Position numbers and translations under genes: made by a program
The notes under the pieces: generated by a model
The model's input: the letters and a program-made list of their open reading frames with translations, nothing else
What the model was told of the DNA's origin: nothing
The model's database searches: none
From: Pseudomonadota bacterium
Lineage (GTDB): Bacteria; UBA10199; 2-02-FULL-44-16; DYJF01
Assembly (NCBI GenBank): GCA_043823065.1
Contig: JBDRBB010000012.1
Coordinates: 1-27,165 of the forward strand
Direction: 5' to 3'
Length of the DNA: 27,165 bases
Part shown: piece by piece, positions 26,923-27,165 of the stretch
Layout: the number at the start of each line of letters is the position of its first letter
Numbering within the stretch: position 1 is the first letter of the stretch

Positions 26923-27031
26923 GAGATAATTTACTGTATTTGACAAAAAAGTAAGAAGGAGCAAAAAACTATCTGAAGTAAATACTCTCGTGATATCAAG
27001 TGGTTAGGTTATGGAAAATAATTGTAATAAA

Positions 27032-27061
27032 AGCAACTTTTGCCCAATTTCAACCGATAAT
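27032..27061 (+). promoter_or_regulatory. Sigma-28-like promoter motif, copy 3 (AGCAACTTTT...ACCGATAAT)
   Basis: Same motif and spacing as the copy at 7416. Confidence 0.6.
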
Positions 27062-27069
27062 ATAAGTAT

Positions 27070-27165
27070 ATGGTTGACCATATTAACAGCTCATCCAGGG
27101 GAGGGGTATATTTTGGGCCAACACCCCAGCCTCAAACTGGTTCAGACGGAGCAGATTTTGAGTTT
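27070..27165 (+). CDS. Hypothetical protein, 3'-partial (MVDHINSSSRGGVYFGPTPQPQTGSDGADFEF...)
   Basis: ATG 8 nt after the promoter motif; 32 codons open to the window edge; too short for the ORF track. Confidence 0.55.
   Translation, partial: MVDHINSSSRGGVYFGPTPQPQTGSDGADFEF

Noticed and set aside
7511..27162. Shared GADFE pentapeptide in the 7484 ORF (NGADFEV) and 27070 ORF (DGADFEF)
   Set aside because: Too short to separate from chance and absent from the 8846 ORF; revisit with the full 27070 protein.

Overview
Bacterial chromosomal window, fairly AT-rich. Gene content resembles delta-proteobacteria (inference only). The housekeeping backbone is guaB-guaA, a DUF167 gene, dnaE-hflX, a CDP-alcohol phosphatidyltransferase, a metallophosphoesterase, lipB, a DacZ-like diadenylate cyclase, dsbD and trmB. 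Accessory content: (i) a 5'-truncated OmpA-family protein with an unusual 4x Cys-pair repeat insert and a Pro-rich exported neighbour with its own 3x motif; (ii) a 7.3-9.1 kb patch where two unrelated orphan ORFs share a sigma-28-like promoter motif and a 32/34-identical terminator, bracketing a nucleotidyltransferase pair and a 162-bp element with perfect 21-bp inverted ends, with a third promoter copy before an ORF at the window end; (iii) a GMC oxidoreductase - NSS transporter - PLP histidine/serine-type decarboxylase - ACT protein - atypical folE run; (iv) an AbiEi/AbiEii type IV toxin-antitoxin pair. Several distinct short palindromic repeat types occur without a mobilising gene, and several genes look leaderless. 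No rRNA, tRNA, CRISPR array or transposase was recognised. All calls rest on motif reading by eye; no database searches were run.
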